Positions 50,368 to 63,130 of a stretch of 64,000 nt of DNA are shown here, piece by piece. The stretch's first letter is position 1. Each line of letters opens with the position of its first letter. Source of the stretch: Guillardia theta CCMP2712 (Eukaryota > Protista > Cryptophyta); the NCBI RefSeq assembly GCF_000315625.1, contig NW_005434597.1:126382-190381 (forward strand), given 5' to 3'. The translations under genes and the position numbers were made by a program. Below the pieces are notes generated by a model. That model was not told the origin of the DNA and searched no databases. It was given only the letters and a program-made list of their open reading frames with translations.

Positions 50368-53300
50368 TCAAGGCTCCGAGGCCTGGGAGTCAGTGGAAGA
50401 CTCAACCGACTCGGCATCGGAGACTTCGGGGGCCGTCAGGGTAGGAGGCGGCAGATGCTTCCTCCTAGTCGCCACGGAGAGTCGAGTCGCGGGCTCCGAT
50501 TGCTCCGAGCTCGTCTCAGAGCCAACCGACTCCGCGATGCTCCCCCCGGCGTCGTCCTCGATGCCATCGCCATGCTCGAGCAAGGGTCTCCTTCTGCCTC
50601 GCACGGGAGGAGGCGAGTCATGAGGGGAGGAAGATGAGGAGGAAGCGTCCTCGCACTCCTCCATCTCCTCCTGCTGCTCTGCAACATGTATCTTGCGAAA
50701 GGTTGTCCCTTGTTCTCTCCTCCCGCGCTCCTGCTCATCTTGACGCCGGACAGCAGAAGCTCTCTCCTCACGCCGTCGCAAGCGACCTTTCAGCGCAGTC
50801 TGGATCGTCTTGGCTGCTTCCTGTTGGCGCGTGACCCCCCTGACAAAGACTCGCCTGCCCTCCTGTTGGTGAGTTGCCGTGACCTCCATCCTCCTCACGA
50901 GCCGGAGGGTGCCAGGAAGCTGAGCAGAGTCGGGGAGACTGCTCTGCACTAGCCGACCGAGGAGAGAGGAGAGCATCGAGGCATCGCGTTTGTCTGCTTG
51001 GCGTAGGTCTGGCAAGAAGGTGAGGGAGACTACGACAGCTGAGCTGGTGGTCAGCTGCGGCTGGGAGGAGAGGGAGAGATCGGGGCAGAGGAGAGCTTCT
51101 TCTTCAAGGACGGCTGAGTCAGGCGCCTTTTGAAAGAGATGAATTTGATCCTTCGCCCTGCTCCAGTCACTTGCCTTGTCTTCCCCGAGCCCCTGGAGGG
51201 CCTGTGAGATCTGAGTTAGCAGCAGCGGTGGAGCTTGTTTGACGTGCTTGACCGCTACTCGCTCCCTGCCAGCACTGACTGCGCGCGCGACGTCTGCGGT
51301 CAGGGATGCGATGAAGTCAGCGAGAGGCTGAGGAGGAAGAGGAGCGGGGAGGTTCCGGTGCATGACCAGCTTCCCGTCCTCTACAGCCACCTCGTCGAGG
51401 ATGAGGAGGACAGGAGACGGCGAAAGCTTCTTCATGCACTGGGACTGCCTCTGACAGATCCTCCAGACGCTAACGACCTTTCCTCGCTCATCGTCGATGT
51501 GCAGGTAGAAGTTTCGACTTGGTGGACTGAGCATCTTCATCGTCACCTTCATCTTCTCTTCCGTCTCTGTCACTTCACACCTCCCCACGACCTGATAGTT
51601 TGTCACGCTCATTGCACAGGAAAAAACATGGAGACCTCTTCCGAGACATGTACAACCGGGTTCGGCGGAAACTGTTCGCTCGACGAGCAAGCTTTCTTGT
51701 CAAGCTCCAACAGCAAGTCGTCTTTGGAAGAGATGTCTGCATCATGCTGGAAGAAAGAGCAGACATCGAATATCCATTGCTCTCGGATCTTGTTCGCGTC
51801 ATGGGGATCAAGAACGCACGTCAGGAACTGCATGTCGGAAGTCTTCAACATGTCATGTCTCTTCTTCATCATCTTCACCGTCTTACAACGTTGAGCACCT
51901 GCAGCTCCGATGGCCTCCCACCTCCCACCGACCCAACGGACAGTTTCACACGACAGCATAAGAGCATTGCTTTCACTGTCTCTTTCCTTGCCCCCCAGAG
52001 ACATGACAACACGGTAGCAGACAAGAGAAGGAGACTGATTTCCCCACCTTGTTCCCGGCACTATCATCTCATGCAGACTCCTATGCTCCTCTCCCTGCAG
52101 CCACATCCGGCAAAAGTCCTTGAGGTAGACACGAATCAGACATGTGGGGACAGGCCTGACGAAATTGACGAGAACCCCAAACTCTTGCGACCGAGCGAGT
52201 CCATGAGCTGACGACTTGAAGTTGGTGACTACCAGCCTCCTCGTCCCCTCCATCTCCTCACAAGGCCTCAGCAGCACGAGCAGCACGCTCGCCTCCCCCT
52301 GCTCAGGCACCAGGACCCTCACACGGCACCTCGACTCGACCACCAGCCTCTGCTCTTGCCGAGCCCGGCACATCCTCTCATCCTCCACATCGAAGGAACA
52401 GAACTCCGAGTGCTCGTCCTCGAAGCTCACCACGAACCACCCTTCCTCCCTCCCCCTGTTAGCAACCTTATGCTCCACCTGCTTTCTCCTCACCCCGCAC
52501 GGCACCATCACCACCTTGTCCTCCTCCTTCCACCGCCCCTGACTATCAAGCAGCCCCCGCCGGTTCAGCTCCAGCTGGACCCGAGCAAAGGAGTCACCAG
52601 TTGGCTTTTGGAGCTCGGCACTCCTTCTGCTGGCAACCAGCAGGAGTCTCCTCCTCGCCCGCTGCTTCTTCTGCCATTCGTCCTCCTCCATAGAGCAGAT
52701 CAGCTCTTGTAACTTGGGGTAAGACACGACCTTGAGAGAATGCTTGACAGAGCGGATTATGTCACGATTTGCGCTCATCTTCTTCTTGGCAGCTGAGACC
52801 AGCTCGTCCTCCCCCTCCCCTGTCTCCTTCTGCCTTCTCTTGTCATCCTTGCGCTCCATGTCCAGCCTGAAGGTCGCAAGGGAGCGCTGACTCGTCACGT
52901 TGAGCTTCGCCGGATTGACCTTCTTGGCTCGCAGCATCTCGCATGCCGAGACGAACTCCCTCCACTCGCTGCAGCTCTTGATCGCCGAGCGTACGAGGGA
53001 GAGGCTGGCAGCCTGTCTCCTCTCCGACGAGATCAGTCGGACAGAGCAGAAGGAGACGAATCGATGGAGCTCTACCCCCGCAGACGAGTTGCCGCACATC
53101 GACCTCCACAGCGCGAACATGGACGACGGAGCGAAGTCGACCTGAGCCAAGATGAGCAGGAGACAGAATGAATTCGTCCATGCACAACTCAAGCATCTCA
53201 TCGGGGTACAACCTGTAGGAACTTGAGCACGTTCTCCAACCCGTGCAGGTCAAGCACACCAACGGCGGCAAACCTGTCGATGACGGTCAGCCATGGACCA

Positions 53301-54746
53301 GCTCCTCCTCCTTCACCTCTTGAAGAGACTCTGAGCAGGGATGAACGTGTGCAGACTTTGACCGCACATGGCGAAGAGAAGGGCGCGGCAGAGGCGGGTC
53401 AGAGCACCTCGAGCAGCGTCGTCTACCTCATCTAGATCCTCCATCATCTGCTCCCCCAACATCCTCAGTTGCAACGAGTAACGACGATCGTAGAAGAGCC
53501 GCTGGAGGTCGACAGACATCGTTCGATCTGAACCATCAGCTTCTTGCCCCATCGCCATCGCCTGTCTGAAGGACCTGACAGCAGCTTGCAAGTGAGATTC
53601 ATCAAGGCTGAGACATCGGAGGATCAGGCTGAATCTCTCTGCCGACAGCTCCACTTCGCTCCATCTGCGCTTCGACTTCCCAACTTCCGTTGAGTTGCGG
53701 AAAGACGCGAAATCTCTCAGTTCGTCCAAGATTTTCTCTTTGCAGCACATCATCAACGCAAAGACCTCGCTCGCCTCCTGTAAGGCGTCTTGGTCGTCGC
53801 CCTTCCTCGTCTCTTCCTCCTGCTCATTCACGTTGGCTGTCTTGCCGCCATCACCAGGCCCTTGGCTGCGGTTCCTTAGCGGCGATGCAGGAGTCAACTC
53901 CAAACTTTCTTTGGTCGGTATTCCGCTCGACAAAACTCGCAGTGCGATGGCTCCTCCTTTGTTCCAGCCCTGAACCTACAACGCGCTTGTGAGACGCCAG
54001 CACCATCACCTCCAACCCCCACCTGCACTTGTTTGCTGCTGCTGCAAGCGACTTGTGGGAGGGAGTTTGCAGTGTTGTCCTCTCCCAGCGGGGGAAGAAA
54101 CGGCGAGACGAGAGGAGCGAACACGTGTCTGTGTCCCTCCCGGAAGATGCCTCTCAATGGGATTTCTATCTGCAGAAGTTCCAGTCGTCAGCAGCAGCAG
54201 ACGCTATCGACTCGCTCAGACCGTTCCGATGCTGAACTTGGTCTCCGCATCCCACACGTCGACCAGGAGGGGATGCTGGTACACCAGGCCCAGGAATTCC
54301 GACCTCAGCAACGCCCCGCACTCGCTCAACATCAGCACGAACTCAAGAACCTGACCTTCTCCTCCTTCACTGTACAGCTCGCGCATGTCGTCGATGTCTC
54401 CGCTCGTCTTGATACTGAGGGATGCAGGTTTCGACACGAACCCCAGGTACTCCGCCGTGAAAACAAACTTATCGGGGATCGCAGTCACAAGGCTACTATC
54501 GTGAGACTCTTGGCTTCTCCTCTTCACTGGCAGCTGAACTGATACGAGCTCGACGACGATCCTCCACCCAGCACACTCTTGCTCACTATCCGGGGTTCCA
54601 ACAGGTCCCGCTCCTCGTCCTGCCATGGTCGCCATTACTTGGGTGCCTTGGTCAAGCACCCAGTGGGGGCTCAGCAGTCGACTCAGGGCTGCTGAGCTAG
54701 GAGACTTCCTCAGCAAGTGACTTCCTCTGATCATGCTCGCTGACAT
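50368..54746 (-). CDS. Large multi-exon protein, tentatively nephrocystin-4 (NPHP4)-like, with a C-terminal IQ-like motif
   Basis: Consecutive ORFs 54216-54746, 53894-54157, 53313-53933, 51609-53201 and 50368-51690. FLGLVYQHPLLVDVWDAETKFSIGT followed by MRGIFREG resembles the NPHP4 C2 motif (IDVWDGDSLLLIG...LLRQG). beta-rich segments follow. IQ-like AAKTIQTALKGRLRR at ~50770-50820. Start uncertain. Confidence 0.45.
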
Positions 54747-54984
54747 CCGATTCGACTGCAGGAAGCGACTGAAGGCAAGTCGATCTGTTCCACAAGACCT
54801 TACAAACTTGTCGTTATCACCTTAATCACCTTCACTTTCATCCCATGTCCTCCTCATCCTTCGTCTTCATCCCAACATCGTCAGATCGTGATCTCCGCTC
54901 ATGCTCTTGTTCATGCGCATATATACAGCTCACTGCAACATATTGTTGCTCGCACCATCGGGGAAACTTTCGAACCTGCCATGA

Positions 54985-55085
54985 TCGATATGGTTCCTAC
55001 CCCACCCCCTCTTGTTCACACTACCCCATCTTTATTCATAAATGTCGATATAAATCCCCAAGTGGGTACTACCCCCTTCACCCAC
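54985..55085. promoter_or_regulatory. TACCCC (GGGGTA) motif cluster in the divergent region upstream of MIOS
   Basis: cctaccccacccc (~54996), cactaccccatc (~55019) and gggtactacccc (~55064). Confidence 0.35.
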
Positions 55086-55324
55086 CAGCACCTTGGGACA
55101 CCATTCCTCCACATGGCAATGAAGCAGCCGCATCCTCGTCAGGACACGTGAAGGGGAGGGCGAGGAGGCAGGATGGAGGCGACAGAGGCGAGGGGAGGAG
55201 GGAGAGAAGAGAGGTGAGCAGCAGGCAGAGATGTGATGAGGACGAAGATGTCAGCTCAGAGACAGCCGAGGAGGTAGCGGGAGGGGTGAAGCAGTGACAG
55301 CGGCAACGGCGCGCTTCCGTACCT

Positions 55325-58300
55325 ATGAAGTACAAGAGGACAGTTTCCTGGGCTCCGAACAGCGAGAGGTACTTTGCTCAGCTGTCAGTCCCATACGACA
55401 AGGTAGGAGGAACACTCCTGCACTTGTTCGAGTCGGTCGAGAAGCCAGCGACACCGTACTCAACGATCCGCCCGGCATGTCGATCGGTTTTCACTGAGCT
55501 GGACTCAGCCATAGTCACCTGCTTCGAATGGTTCCCCACTTCCTCGCTCCCCCTGTGCTTTGCCGCAGGAACGTCAACGGGGAAGGTCGTTGTCTCGTCC
55601 TTCGAATGCTTCGACAAGTAAAGCTTCTACTCTCGCGACAGCCCCGCTAACTGAGTCCTTGCAGGGAGCCGAGCGCCCCGTTGAGCATCGTACTGCATCG
55701 AGCGCAAGACAATCAGAATGGAAGGACGTGCAGCAGTTTGTCGTGGAATCCCATCAAGGTGATCCTGAGCAACATACAGGGGAGAAGAGTAACGGGTGTC
55801 TTCGCAGGAGAACCTGGTCCTGTCTGCCGCCAGTGGGGGCAAGCAGAAGGGAAACACGAGCGTTCATCTATGGGACATCAGCCAAGTACTGCTCTTCTCT
55901 TCCACTCGTTGAGCTCGACGGTGACGCCTGACGTGCAGACTGAAAGTCGACACTCCCTCTCTCAGTTCCTCGCTCCGGGCGAGAGTGGGGAGTCGAGCCA
56001 TCAGGACGGCCATTCCAACGTTTCGAGCGTGTCGGAGGAGCTCAAAGATTTCAAACTGAGAGACAGGATCGCAGTCGTGAACAAAGAGACGCAGTCGTAT
56101 GTTCAGGACGAGAGCTGCTACAGTCTCTCCTGGGTGTACGGGAACGGGGAAATTGCAGTGGCCGGCTGCTCCAGGTCGTTGAGGATCCTTGACATCAGGA
56201 AGCCGCAGGATGAGGTTTACAAGATCAAGACTCCCGTGCAGCTGCTGTCCATGGATCCTCTCTTCGAAACCAGAGTCGTCACCTACTCAGGGGATCAGAC
56301 CGACTCTTTCCTGCGCGTCTGGGACCTCCGCAAGTTCAGTCAGCCTATCATGCACCTGAGCGCTGCCTCTCAGGTCCGCAGCCTCTCCTGGGCTCCATCC
56401 CGCGCGGGAGTCTTGTCGGCTCTGATGGGCAGCTCGTCGGAGAGTTACATCCTCCACTGGCTCCTCCGCAGCAACGAAGAATTCCTGGAGCTGATGAGCC
56501 AGGAGGAGCTCGCGCAATCCAGCTCCTCCCGATCGAGGAACCCCGCCGGGAGCAGCGCGCAAGGGGACGCCCTATGGGTGAGGAGGATGGACGTGGGAGG
56601 GGATGATGTGGTGAGCTACTCGTGGCATCCTCACCATCCCGGCCGGATCTTGACGTTGGGAGCTGACGACTCTCATCGAGACTTCGTCGTACATCACAGC
56701 GCGAGCTTGTCCTTCTCTCCTAACGGCCCTCTAGCCTTGTCCTCTGACCACATCTTGGCCGAGACTGGTCTGAGCGAGGGTAGTGTCCATATCGGTGACG
56801 GCAATGGCGACATCTGTGACGTGATGAGGGAGCGAGCGATCCGGGGGTACATGCTAGATCCGGACAAGAACTTTGACATCAGCTGCAAGATGGGATTCCA
56901 GGACGTAGCAAGAGCATGGCAGCTAGTGGCTCGTATGATGGTGAAGGATGTTGCTGGAGACCCGCAGGTGGGGTCAGCCACCATCGAGGGGCAGGGAGGC
57001 CACAAGGGCCAACCTCGAGATCTCATGTTCGGCATCGCCCAAGTCCTCGGCGCCCTTCCCAAAGGGAAGAGGATCGAAAAGACCATGCTGCGATCTACCA
57101 GGGATCGAGGCGCCGGTAGAGCGACCGGCTCGACGCAGCGGGCGCAGGAGGATCAGACGAAGGAGTCCAAGTCGTCGGGAGAGTCAGCAGGTTCTGCGAG
57201 TGACCTCACGTTCGCGGTCTATCTCTCCGACGCCCGCCTTCGCATCCTCAAAGTCTGTGACTACGACTTTGGGACTGGCTATGACGACGACGGTGACTTT
57301 GCGGGCAGCGAAGTTTTGGAGAAGAAGGTGACGCACATGCTGAGGAAGCAGCTCTTCGATCAGGCTGCCTTCACGAGGCTCCTCCAGGTGGACCTCAGCT
57401 CAGCCCTCGAATGTCTCCACAAAGGAGCAGCTTTCTCCTCCTCTTCCTCTGAGGCCCTTGCGGCGAGCTACAGCATGGCAGCGATGTCCATGGCAGGCTC
57501 GATCCATCCGCAGTGCCCGGTGTGGAAGCGAAGCTATCTGCAGATGATGGACTCGTGCAAGTCGCCTTATCTGCGAGCTTGCTTCCAGATCCTCGTCAAG
57601 GACTATGAGAGTATCCTTCGGAGCGAGCAGATCTCCGTCAGCGACAGGATCGCCTTCGCCGCTCGCTTCCTCAGCGATGAGGAGCTGGTGAGTGCGATCC
57701 AGCGAATGATCGAGGTCAAGGTGTCGACGGGTCAGCTCGACGGGCTGGTGCTGACGGGGCTGACCAAGGAGGCGATCCCTCTGCTCAACAAGTTCGTCGA
57801 GAACACGGCCGACCTCCAGACGGCTTCCCTCCTCCTCTGCTGCTTCTCCGCAGACGCTCTGCAGGAGGGCAGCAGCAAAGAACCGCGACAGGGCGCGGGG
57901 AACAGCAGCATGCCCGTGTGGGAGCTCTGGCTCGAGGAATACCGTGACCTGCTCGACCGTTGGCAGCTGTGGGAAGTTCGTGCTGTCCTCGACATCGCCA
58001 TAGCAGATCGCGTGCTGGTCGCCAGGAAGCCCCCAGCTGAAGTCCACATCGCATGCTCGTCATGCGGCATGCCCATCACGCTCGCGCTCAAGGAGACCTC
58101 GCAAGCCAACGGAGGGAGTCGACAGGCTCTGGATGCGAACGAGCACAACTCTCCGACTGTCTGCAGGAGCTGTTCAGCAGAGCTCCCGAGGTGCGAGCAG
58201 CCCCAGCTGACGTCCAACTGACGTCCTGCAGGTGTTGCCTGTGCCTGATGCCTATGGGGTGCTCCAACGTGCCGCTGAGCTCAGCTGAGGCGGACTTCCC

Positions 58301-58576
58301 CCGGCTCCTTCAGGTCATCTCCGAGACCCCGACGGCGTCCTCCAGCTCAGGTGAGGAGAGGCGAGGAGTGATGGAGCTGCAGACTGACGGGAAGGCCCAG
58401 AGGTCTGCCGACCCCTCTACAGCAGGGCCGAGCTCGACAGCTGGTTCGCCTGGTGCGCTCAGTGCCAACATGGCGGGCACGTCGCGCATCTCCGCGAGTG
58501 GTTTCGACTTCACCGCGAGTGTCCCGTGTCGGGCTGCCAGTGTCTCTGCCTCTCCTACTCCGACTATAGAGCTTGA
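55325..58576 (+). CDS. MIOS: GATOR2/SEA complex subunit MIOS (Sea4): WD40, alpha-solenoid and C-terminal zinc/RING region
   Basis: WD repeats (LRILDIR, LRVWDLR), MRERAIRGY, DRIAFAARFLSD, GQLDGLVLTGL...FVENTADLQTA, WLEEYRDLLDRWQLWEVRAVLD, CSSCG and CRSCSAELPRC-CLC. Final exon read manually: WFAWCAQCQHGGHVAHLREWFRLHRECPVSGCQCLC...* (TGA at 58574-58576). Confidence 0.93.
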
Positions 58577-58678
58577 CCCATTCATTCCTCCTCAACTTCC
58601 ACCTTTGCTATCCTCACTTCATCCTCGTACAACCTCCCCTTCCTGACCCCTAAAATTCAACCGCTATCGTCCTCCTCC

Positions 58679-60646
58679 TCAGTAATTCCGCATGATCTCC
58701 GCCATGGGCTTGCGGTCAACGATCCCGTACTTGCGCAGAACGTCTGCGTGCAGCGTCAGCGAGATACAGAGGAAGGCAAGGGAGAGGACGGGGGCGAGAA
58801 AGGTGGGAAAGGGGGGCGGCAAGTGGGGGGGGGGGGGGGAGGAGGGAGGAAAAGGAATTGACCAGCCACGTCATCGAAGTGGTTTGATTCCGCCCACCAC
58901 AAGGGACTTCTGAGGTTGGGGGACCTGAAGATGAATATGAGTGGACGCACAAGCTCTTCTCCCCCTCCTCCTCTCCCCCTCCTCCTCTCTTCGTCCTCTC
59001 CCTTGCCTTCCCCTCCGCTTCCTCTTCTTCCATTTCTGAAGCATTTCCCCTCCTCCCTCCTTACCTCGAATACACGTCTGCATTCAACGCCAGGAGCGTC
59101 TCTACCATCTTCAGATTCCCCGCCCTCGCCGCCATGTTCAGGGCGTCCCACCGATAGCAGCAGCGTGCGTTGACGTCCGCTCCTCGCTCCTGCTGTCGGT
59201 GAGGAAGGCAACAGCGAGGGAGAGGAGGAGGCAGAGGAGGAAGGTTACACGTTACCACAAGTTTCTTCACGATCGGGATGCAGTTATGTTCGATAGCCCA
59301 GTGGATAGCAGTTCTGAAATGAGGTGAGACGGAAGCAGCAACAACTCTCGTCCCACCTGTTGTCCGAAGTTCGGAGGTTCATGTCAGCGCCGAGGTCCGC
59401 CTGCAGGACGAGGACTCAGGGACGGAACGAGCTCACGAGCTCTTCGTGACGAACCAGGCAGTCAATCATCGTCACTGCCATCTCCGGGTGCTCCTGCATG
59501 CTCAGCCGTTACCCCCGGCGCTTCCACGACGTCACAGCCTACCGACTTGGCGCACCAGTGTATGGCTCCTTCGTTCCATTCGAAGGGCACCTTGTAACCC
59601 AGACAGTCAGATAGCGGAGGCAGGGAACGGAGGCAACCTTGTCCTGGTACAGCATGTCAGCTTGAGATCCGTTCACCAGAGCAACCCTCGCGTTCACGTC
59701 CGCCCCGAGCTCGTGCAGCCTGGCAGAGATTCAGGACGCTGGGGCATAAAACTTCCTTTCCTTCCTCCTCCCTCCCTCCTCTTCCATCTTCCTCCAGCAT
59801 CTGCTCCTACTCCTTCTCAATACCCTCCGCCTCCTCCTCCTCCTCCTCCTGCTCCTGCTCACTTTTTGACCACACCCAGATGCCCCCGATCGGCTGCAAT
59901 GTGGAGCGGAGTCCATCCCTCTCCGTCGTGAGCCTCCACTCTTGCCCCGCCTTGCCGCACGAGCGTCTCCACAACCTCCACGTGCCCCATCCCAGCAGCC
60001 GCGTGGAGGAGCGGGAAGGTTCCAGCCAGACCAGCCATGGAGGAAGCGTTCGCGCCCTGCTGGAGGAGTTTCTCGACCTGCAGGAGCTGAGGGAGGAAGA
60101 GAAGAGAGATGAGAGGACCTGACGGGCGTCGCCTGCTACCGCTGACTCCCACAGCTCCTGATCGATCTATAGAAGGGGCAGGGGTCAAGGAGGCGACGAG
60201 ACGAGCGGGTGAACTTGTACCGCATTCAGCCACTGCTTGTGAAGCTCGTCAGCGTCAAGCTTTCCCTGTTCGACGGCTTTCAAGGAGAACGCAGGTCAGT
60301 CAAGCATCAGACAGGCACATGAGGTGGTACCGAACATGTAATCCAAGTAGTGCTTGGTCCTGTTGGGATCGTTGATGTAATCGTCCAATTCTTCCTCTTT
60401 GTGCTCAGGTTCTTCTTCTTCGGGTATGTCCCAAGGCAGTCGGAGTCTGCTGCAGTCGCTGCAGTACTCTGCTTCCTCCACGTAATCCCTGACCCCTCCC
60501 CGCAAGCGAAGTCCTATGTGGGCAGGGCTACAGGAACCCTTGAAATTGGACGAAGTTGGCGCTGCGCAGCCGATGTGCCGAGGCGATTGTAGCCATGAGA
60601 GGAGGACGAGGCATGGAAGAATTCTCGAGCAGCTCGACCTCAACAT
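58679..60646 (-). CDS. Ankyrin-repeat protein with a signal peptide and an LRLRGG-containing leader
   Basis: Ankyrin motifs LLHAAAGMGHVEVVETLV, GWTPLHIAADRGHLGVVKK, TAIHWAIEHN and ALNMAARAGNLKMVETLL. N-terminus MLRSSCSRILPCLVLLSWLQ...LRLRGG. Stop at 58679-58681. Confidence 0.8.
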
Positions 60647-60915
60647 CGTTGATAATCGTTGGATCCTCAAAACATTCACTTCTTCCCTTGTTCTTTCTCT
60701 TCCGCTCTCAACCTCCAAGAATTCCGTACCGATCCCTCTCTTTGCGCTCTTTCACTCTTTTTCTACTGGGATCTCCCCCTGTCTGTCCCAGTCCCTGTAT
60801 GCTTGCCAGGTCTGCCTCTTTCTCGCGCACCCCCCCATCAGCTCCTCCTCTCCTCCCCTTTTTGCTCGTTCTCTCCTTTCCTTCTCCTGATCTTCGTTCT
60901 CCTCCTCTTTCTCCT

Positions 60916-60982
60916 CCTGTCCTGTCCTGTCCTGTCCTGTCCTGTCCTGTCCTGTCCTGTCCTGTCCTCTCCTGTCCTGTCC
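60916..60982. repeat. (CCTGT)n pentanucleotide microsatellite
   Basis: About 12 copies of cctgt are directly visible. Confidence 0.9.
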
Positions 60983-61443
60983 TCTTCTCCTCGGACTCAA
61001 AGGGGCTTCATCGGTGGCTTCATCGGAGCGAGCAACGTCGTTACATACCCGTTACAGTCCATCCTGCCCTATGGTGGAGGCCGTGGGAGAATGGAGGGAG
61101 GGGAGGAGGAAGGAGAAGAGGGAGGAGAGGAGGAGGAGGAAGGAAACGAGTAGAATGAGCTCGCAATGAGCGAATCGAATGGCAGGAGGGAGGATAGAGA
61201 TGAGGAGGGGGGGGGGGGGGGGGGGTGGACAAGGGCAGCAGCAGGGGAGGACGAGGACGAGGACGAGGAGGAAGATAGACCTTAGACAACTGCTCCAGCG
61301 GGAAGGGGAGGGGAGTGTAGGAACAAGGTGGAAGGATCAAGTGCAGATAGCTCTGCCCCGTGTCTTCTCCGTGCTGCTCATGCTGAGATGATAGGAACCT
61401 AGTCAAGTTCGACGCACATGCCGGAACGTGAAGGTGGGAGGAG

Positions 61444-63048
61444 ATGATGAAGAAGGGGGTCGTGAGATGGTCCAAACGTCTCGCTCGCTTCCTCGTGTCT
61501 CGTGTGCTGCGTTGCGGTCCCATCCCGAAGCATGTCGCCTTCATCATGGACGGGAATCGAAGGTCTGGAGGTTCGAGGAGGATGAAGAGGTTGAGTGAAG
61601 GGTCAGGTGGGCGGAGAGGAGGAGGATGATGAGGCAAGAAGGGCATGCGTATGGCTTCCTGCAGCTCAAAGAATGCTTGAAATGGTGCCTGGACCTGGGA
61701 ATCAAAGTCGTCACGGTGAGAGAGCTGTAAGTTGACGAGCGATGACGATTTGATCAGGTTTATGCTTTCAGCTTGGAAAACTTCAAGCGGTCAGCTGTTG
61801 AGGTGCGGAGGAGGATAATGGAGAGAAGGGGGAAGATTAAAGGAGAGAGGATGAGAGGATGAGAGGAGAGAGGACGAGAGGACGAGAGGAGGGGGAAAGA
61901 AGGGCGGGGGGGAGGGGAGGGGAGAGGAGAGAGAGAGAGAGNNNNNNNNNNNNNNNNNNNNNNNNNNNNNNNNNNNNNNNNNNNNNNNNNNNNNNNNNNN
62001 NNNNNNNNNNNNNNNNNNNNNNNNNNNNNNNNNNNNNNNNNTCTGATCAACTGCTCTCACGTCAGTCCGCATGTCCATCATTCTTCACTCAACTCGTGGT
62101 AATCATATGTGCCGCTACAACCTCCCCCCGCTTCGGATTCGGTAGTGTCGCGCACATCGTCGTAAGCGGGCGATATGCACCTCTCATCCGTGGACAAGAA
62201 GCACTCTTTCGGTGTATTCAGAGAATTGGCATTAATTTTAGCAGACAAGAGTCATGTCATGTTTGAGGAGCCACCGTTCATGGGGGGGGGGGAAGAGAGG
62301 GCAGAAGAGAGAAGAGAGTGGGTTCGTGGTGACATGAACATGTGTTAAGGTGGAGACTATCATGAAGTTAGCGGAGGAGAAGCTGAACGAGCTAGCGGAG
62401 GAGAGAGGCTTCCTGGACCGGCACGGGATCAAAGTGCAGGTAAGTCTGCGACGTTGTGCAAGCTCCTAGCTCAGCAGACTCTCAGATCCTTGGGGACCTG
62501 GACGTCCTCCCTCAGCACGTGAAGGCGGCAGCCTGTCGGGCGATGAAGGTCAGCGAACATCACGAGCAGGCTGTTCTCAACATCTGCATCGCCTACACGT
62601 CCCGTGAGGTACACAAGGAGGAAGAGGAGGAGGAGGAGGATGGGGGTAGGAAGATGAGGGTGGAAGAGGGATGCAGCGCTAGTGGCTGTGTAGGAGAAGG
62701 AGGAAGAAGAAAACATGGAAGAACCAGTTCGGGTGGCTGTGGAGGACGAGGACGAGGACGAGGACGAGGTCGAGGACGAGGACGAGGAAACAGGAGGGAT
62801 GCTTTGGTAGTGGCTGTGGAGGTTTAGGGGTGGTGGTGTTCATCGTGGTTCGGAGGAGTTCCAACCTGCTGCCATGGCAGGAGATGCTGCGGGCAGTTGC
62901 CAACATGGCAGAGGCTGTTGAGGATGGGACGTTGAAACCTGATGACGTCACGGACGAGTTGTTCTCTGAATCTCTCTACACCCGCCCTGTCTCACAGGTC
63001 CTCATGCCCTTGCTTCTCCTCTTGCTGCTCCTGCTCTTTCTGCAATCC

Positions 63049-63130
<82 letters not shown>

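Noticed and set aside
58221-58646. MIOS truncated before its RING domain
   Set aside because: The remaining CLC and WCAQCQHGGH...CPVSGC motifs are present on downstream exons not shown as one ORF in the track.
60556-61158. ORFs with SCPVL/QDRTG repeats, and poly-Leu/PA ORFs near 62830-63684
   Set aside because: Translations of microsatellites in intergenic or intronic DNA.
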